A stretch of DNA of 64,000 bases from Gekko japonicus. Lineage: Eukaryota. The notes beneath the pieces are model-generated. The model was not told the DNA's origin. It saw only the letters and a list, made by a program, of their open reading frames with translations, and searched no databases. A program made the translations under genes and the position numbers. Shown piece by piece: positions 63,383-64,000 of the stretch (within the stretch, counting starts at the first letter, position 1; each line of letters begins with the position of its first letter). Where the stretch lies: contig NW_015172042.1 of assembly GCF_001447785.1 (NCBI RefSeq), positions 375,279-439,278 on the forward strand, read 5' to 3'.

Positions 63383-64000
63383 TGTAATGTATCCAGTTCA
63401 GACTGAGTGGCTGGCTTGGGCTCCACGCGGTCAGGCACAAACATCGAGCTTCGCTCAAAGAGACAATGGACTATGCGGATCCTAGCCCGCTCCAATCAGG
63501 GGGCTAGGTTCCCGGCCGAGAGCCTATGGGACTCTCGGCCACTGTAAATAACCTATTGGGTAGTGGGGAGGTGTGTTTTGGGTGGCGGTTTCTCAGGGAA
63601 TATAAGCCGGCCCGCGAGCCGGCCCAAGCCGTCTTGTTCCTGATCAAATAAAGTACGCTTTGCTGAAATCACTCTCCGCCTACGTACTTTTCACTGGCGA
63701 TGAAGGTGGGATTCACATCCCTCTGAACAGAGACCACGTTCCGGGACGTTGCTTTGAGTTGCCTCGCTGGAATTGCCTCCGCTGTCGGCATCGGGCTTTT
63801 CGTCGGAAGCACCGCTCATCGCACCGCTCCCAGCTCCAAGCAACACATCGCTGACTACGAGGTAGCACTGCGCCGCTCCCTCTCTACGCTCAATAATTCT
63901 CGCCATTCCCCCCGTCACTCCATGTGTAGCAGTAAGATGGCAACCTCCCAGGAAAGCATCTCTGCCTTCGATATCTCCCGCCCCACGCAGTGGGAGACCT
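63383..64000 (+). mobile_element. Gypsy-like LTR retrotransposon 5' end: LTR 63383-63693, PBS from 63695, probable gag start at 63937
   Basis: TG...CA LTR with CCAAT, TATAAG and AATAAA. PBS-like tggcgatgaagg. ORF MATSQESISAFDISRPTQWET runs off the window. Confidence 0.85.

Overview
This is vertebrate genomic DNA, very likely from a squamate reptile and probably a gecko. That assignment is inferred from the repeat content: Sauria and Squam3-like SINEs, BovB, CR1, L2, L1 and TAGGGTTGCCA-type hAT MITEs. The only host gene I can support is GAP43 (neuromodulin) on the minus strand. Its 30-nt first coding exon (ATG...CAG|GT, encoding MLCCMRRTKQ) is at 26105-26076 and is too short to appear in the ORF track. 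Its promoter and 5'UTR lie at about 26106-26510 and contain a GA tract, a GT repeat, TTAAATA, two inverted CCAAT boxes and STAT, SOX and AP-1-like motifs. Positions 1-26075 are therefore GAP43 intron 1 (exon 2 was not found in the window), and about 26700-64000 is upstream intergenic DNA. Every long ORF is a retrotransposon fragment. I found no prokaryote-type system such as CRISPR, a retron or an operon. The most interesting unexplained items are: clustered STAT/NF-kB/SOX/E-box motifs around GAP43 exon 1, a Bov-A-like bipartite BovB derivative, a 128-bp long-range inverted repeat, a 492-bp tandem duplication cutting through a solo LTR, a Helitron, and a degenerate Penelope hammerhead ribozyme.
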